A stretch of DNA of 64,000 bases from Mobula hypostoma (lineage: Eukaryota). The stretch covers positions 18,724,001 through 18,788,000 of the forward strand of contig NC_086108.1 in the NCBI RefSeq assembly GCF_963921235.1, written 5' to 3'. The translations under genes were made by a program, and so were the position numbers. Below, one piece after another: positions 60,300-64,000 of this stretch. The first letter of the stretch is position 1. Each line of letters begins with the position of its first letter. A model generated the notes under the pieces. It was not told where the DNA came from. It ran no database searches and was given only the letters and a program-made list of their open reading frames with translations.

Positions 60300-60806
60300 A
60301 GGTGAAACCCTCCCATCATTCAGATCTATGTGAAGTGCTGTCGCAGGAAAGGTGCATCCATCATCAGGGACCCCCCCCCCCCCCAACACCCAAGTCATAC
60401 TTTCTTCTCACTGCTACCATCAGGAAGAAGGTACAATATCCTTAGGACACACCACTAGGTTCAGGAACAGTTGTTGCCCCTCAACCATCAGGTTCTTGAA
60501 CCAAAAGTGAATAACTTCACTCACTTACTTGCCCCATCACTGAAACGTTCCCATAACCTATGGACTCACTTTCAAGGACTTTTCATCTCATGTTCTTCAT
60601 ATTTATTGCTTATTTATTATTATTGTTATTATTATTACTATTATTTCTTCTTTTCATATTTGCACAGTTTGTTGTCTTTTGCACACTGGTTGTCCGCTCT
60701 GTTAGTGTGATCTTTCATTGATTTATTGAGTATGCCAGCAATGAATCTCAGGGTTGTATGTGGTGACATATATGTATTTTGATAATCAATTTACTTTAGA
60801 ATTTGA
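60300..60806 (+). mobile_element. Rex1/Babar 3' end and 3' UTR
   Basis: SIIRD..HPSHTFFSLLPSGRRY; GAATCTCAGGGTTGTATG 3' UTR. Confidence 0.75.
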
Positions 60807-61207
60807 TGGTTATCACAGGAGAGCCCAACCTTAAATGCATGGATGGAAATTACAATGGACATTTGCAAAACGGAGAAGATAACAGCATCTGTTAATCATA
60901 AGTTGGAACAATTTGATTCATACTGGGAAAAATGGTTTAATTACATAACACCTCATAGGCCTGATTTTATTCTCACCAATCAATGAATATGTTGTAAAAA
61001 AAAATCACTCCCTACTTGTACATAGGTTTCTCATTTTGCTTGTTGTTTCTTTCCTCTCTTTTCTATAAGTGTGTACCTCAGATAAATATTATGTGAAGAT
61101 TTGTGGCAAATATGACTGTATGATATATATGTACAATATCTGAAATACATCTTATGGAAATGTTTGTTTGATGATGAACTTCAATAAAAAATAAATTACA
61201 AAAAAAA
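60807..61207 (+). mobile_element. L1-clade LINE 3' end with poly(A)
   Basis: WLSQESPTLNAW...EKIT...FDSYWEKW ORF2 C-terminus, AATAAA + A-tail, 9-bp TSD AGAATTTGA (60798-60806, 61208-61216). Confidence 0.85.
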
Positions 61208-61369
61208 AGAATTTGAATAGCTGACAATCTAGTCCTCATATTAACTACCAGTTGTGCATCAAGATTTAGATTGTACCGGTATTTCTGGATTTCAGACTGA
61301 AGGGATTTCACTCAGGTCCACTGCCCGAGTAGAAAAGCCAAAAGGAGCGAAAAGCGAAAAGGACCTTTG

Positions 61370-63670
61370 ACCAGTGACCAATCAGCATTTGAGATTGACT
61401 AACAAGAGCACATTAAAGGAAGGCAGGAGCAAGCGCAGCAACTGTTGTTTGAATAGACAATGTCTGAGTGGTGATCTCTTCGAGCTATCAGTGAAGGGAG
61501 GCTTAATTCAGAGAAAGCAAAAAAAGAACATCTCAAGGTTAAGTTTTTTTTCTCTCCTTCCCATCTTTGAATATCGTACAGTAAAGACACCAGGCAGGAT
61601 AGTTGAACACTCCTATTGGAAGGTGTGGGAAGGCAGGAAGACCTGCAGTGTCCCTGACAACTGCAACTGCAAGAAGTGCATCCAGCTCCAACTTCTAACA
61701 AACCGCATTAAGGAGTTGGAGCTAGAAATGGATGAACTCCAGATCATTCGGGAGGCTGAGGGGGTGATGGATAGGACATATAAAAAGGTAATTACACTCA
61801 AGGTGCAGGACACAGGAAAATGGGTAACAGTCAGGAAGGAAAAAGGTGTTAAGGAGCCAGTGCAGAGTACCGTGGCCATCCCCCCAACAACAGATATATC
61901 ACTTTGGATAATGTTGGGCACAGTGACTTAACAGACTCAGAAGGGAAGAGGGGAGAAGAGACAGGCTGTGGTGATAGAGGATTTGTTAGTTAGGGGAATG
62001 GACAAGAGATTCTGTGGGTAAGAACAAGATTCCTGGATGGTAGTTGTCTCCCAGGTGCCAGGGTTCAGAATATCTCAGACCAAGTTGTCAGCATTCTGAA
62101 ATGGGAGGGTGAACAGCCAAAATTTGTGGTCCATGTAGGTACCAATGACATTTGTAGTACAAATGACAAGGTTCTGCTTAGGGAATTCAGGGAATTAGGT
62201 GCTAAGTTAAAGGGTAGGACCTCCAGGGTTGTGATATCAGCATTGTTACCCATGTTACATGCTAGTGAGACCAGAAATAGGATGGTTACACAGTTTAATA
62301 CATGGCTAAGGAGTTGGTGTAGGAGGGAGGGCATTAGAAGTTTGGATCATTGGGCTCTCTTCCAGGGAAGATGGGACCTGTACAGATAGAACAGCTTGCA
62401 ACTGAACAGGAGGGGAACTAATCTTTGTGGGAAGGTTTGTTAATGCTGCATGGTGGGGTTTGAACTAGAGTTGCAGGGTGATGGGAACCAGAGTGCCAGA
62501 ACAGTTAGTGGAGAGGTTGTGGAGGCAAATATTGGTAAGACCACAGACAAACTAACTAACTACGTCGACTCAGGCCTAGGGGACCGGCATTGGGCACGAT
62601 GACGGACTCTCCACTTCTCTCTCTCCCTCATCAGTGTGTTCAGTTCATCTACATTAGCCACGCTGCTGTCTTCTAGGAGCGTGTTGACCATAGTCTTGGG
62701 AGGGCGCCCAGGGTTCATCCTCCCATGCTTGGGCTCCCGTATGATGAATAGGCTGGCAGGTAGCTCGGGGTGGCGTAGACAGTGCCCCGCCAGTTGCAGT
62801 CTTTTCGCCTCGACAAAGTTAGGAATCAAAACGTTGAGTGTGGTGTAACTAGAGTCCTGAGCTGCATATATTTCAATGCAAGAAGTATTATAGGAAAGAC
62901 AGATGATAGTGCCAAATATAAGGTAGCTGGTTTATAAACAGAAGCAATTTGTAGTGAGGAGAGGCTGTTGATAGGGCAAAATTGCAGTCAACAGGATGAG
63001 TTGCAACATAGAAGGTGGACAAAATCAAAAAGGGTGAATACAAGACTGAAGATGTTACATTTGAATTGCAGAGTATAAGTAATACGGAAGATGAACGTAG
63101 CACAGTTGCAAATTGCCAAGTATGATGTTATAGACATCACTGAATCATGGTTGAAAGAAGATTATAGTTGGGAGCTTTATGTCCAAGGATACATATTGTA
63201 TCTAAAGGACAGGCAAAGAGGCAGAGGGGGTGGCTTTGCTCTGTTGGTAAAAAATTAAAATCAAATTATTAGAAAGAGGTGACATAGGGTCAGAAGGTGT
63301 TGAATTATTGTGTGTTGAGCTAAGGAACTACAAGGCTAACATGACCCTAATGGGAGTTGTATATGGACCTCAAAACAGTAATAAGGATGAGGTCTACAAA
63401 TTACAACGGGAGATAGAAAATGCATGCCATAAAGGCAACATTGCCATATGATGGGGGATTTCAGTATGCAGGTGGATTGGGAATATGAGGTTGGTGCTGG
63501 ATTCCAGGAGGGGGGATTTCTAGAGTGCCTACAAGATGGCTTTTTAGAGCAACTCATGGTAGAGACCCACTAGGGGATGAGTTATTCTGAAATGGGTGTC
63601 ATGCAATGAACCAGAATTGATTAGAGAACTTAAGGTAAAACAACCTTTAGGGAGGAGTGATCATAATATA
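61370..63670 (+). mobile_element. CR1 5' region: ORF1 (zinc finger/coiled coil + SGNH esterase-like) and ORF2 endonuclease, degenerate
   Basis: CNCKKCIQLQLLTNRIKELE, GDLLVRG, VHVGTND, LDHWALF; then ITESWL, GDFSM, SDHN. Confidence 0.85.
62552..62811 (-). mobile_element. RTE/RTEX-type LINE 3' end
   Basis: RLQLAGHCLRHPELPAS...GRPPKT...REKWR, (GTTA)n tail, GACAAA TSD (62546-62551, 62812-62817). Confidence 0.8.
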
Positions 63671-63672
63671 AT

Positions 63673-64000
63673 GCCATAAGACCATAAGGTTATAGGAGCA
63701 GAAGTAGGCCATTTGGCCCATCGAATCTGCTCTGCCATTCCATCATGGGCTGATCCAATTCTTCCAGTCATCCCCACTCCCCTGCCTTCTCCCCATACCC
63801 TTTGACGCCGTGGCTGATCAAGAACCTATCTATCTCTGCCTTAAATGCACCCAATTACTTGGCCTCCACAGCCGTTCATGGCAACAAATTCCACAGATTT
63901 ACCACTCTCTGAATAAAGTAATTTCTCCACATCTCTGTTCTAAATGGACGTCCTTCAATCCTGAAGTTGTACCCTCTTGTCCTAGACTCCCTTACCATGG
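63673..64000 (-). mobile_element. CR1 3' end (runs off window)
   Basis: FRIEGRPFRTEMWRNYFIQRVVNLWNLLP; (TTATGG)n tail. Confidence 0.88.

Overview
Eukaryotic (vertebrate) genomic DNA that is almost entirely layered transposable elements. The repeat mix is abundant CR1 LINEs with microsatellite tails, Rex1/Babar LINEs, Penelope-like elements, V-SINE/HE1-like SINEs, RTE, Tc1/mariner, Tigger, hAT and Chapaev3. This suggests a cartilaginous fish such as a ray or shark (inference only). No host protein-coding gene, rRNA, true tRNA or CRISPR array can be supported; the long ORFs are TE remnants or satellite artefacts. Best-supported structures: (1) a Tf1/sushi-type Gypsy element (1-3137, minus) whose primer-binding site is complementary to its own LTR, implying self-priming; (2) a Chapaev3 transposon with TIRs and a TAA TSD; (3) Tigger, hAT, Tc1 and mariner derivatives; (4) a solo LTR; (5) a two-LTR Gmr1-type Gypsy (26177-31902) with nested insertions; (6) a 2.1-kb purine-rich satellite; and (7) a set of Penelope-derived inserts carrying minimal hammerhead ribozyme motifs. 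The last set includes fold-back 210-235 bp units and a ~93-bp unit, several with 12-14 bp TSDs. All family assignments come from motif recognition by eye, not database searches, and boundaries without a TSD are approximate.
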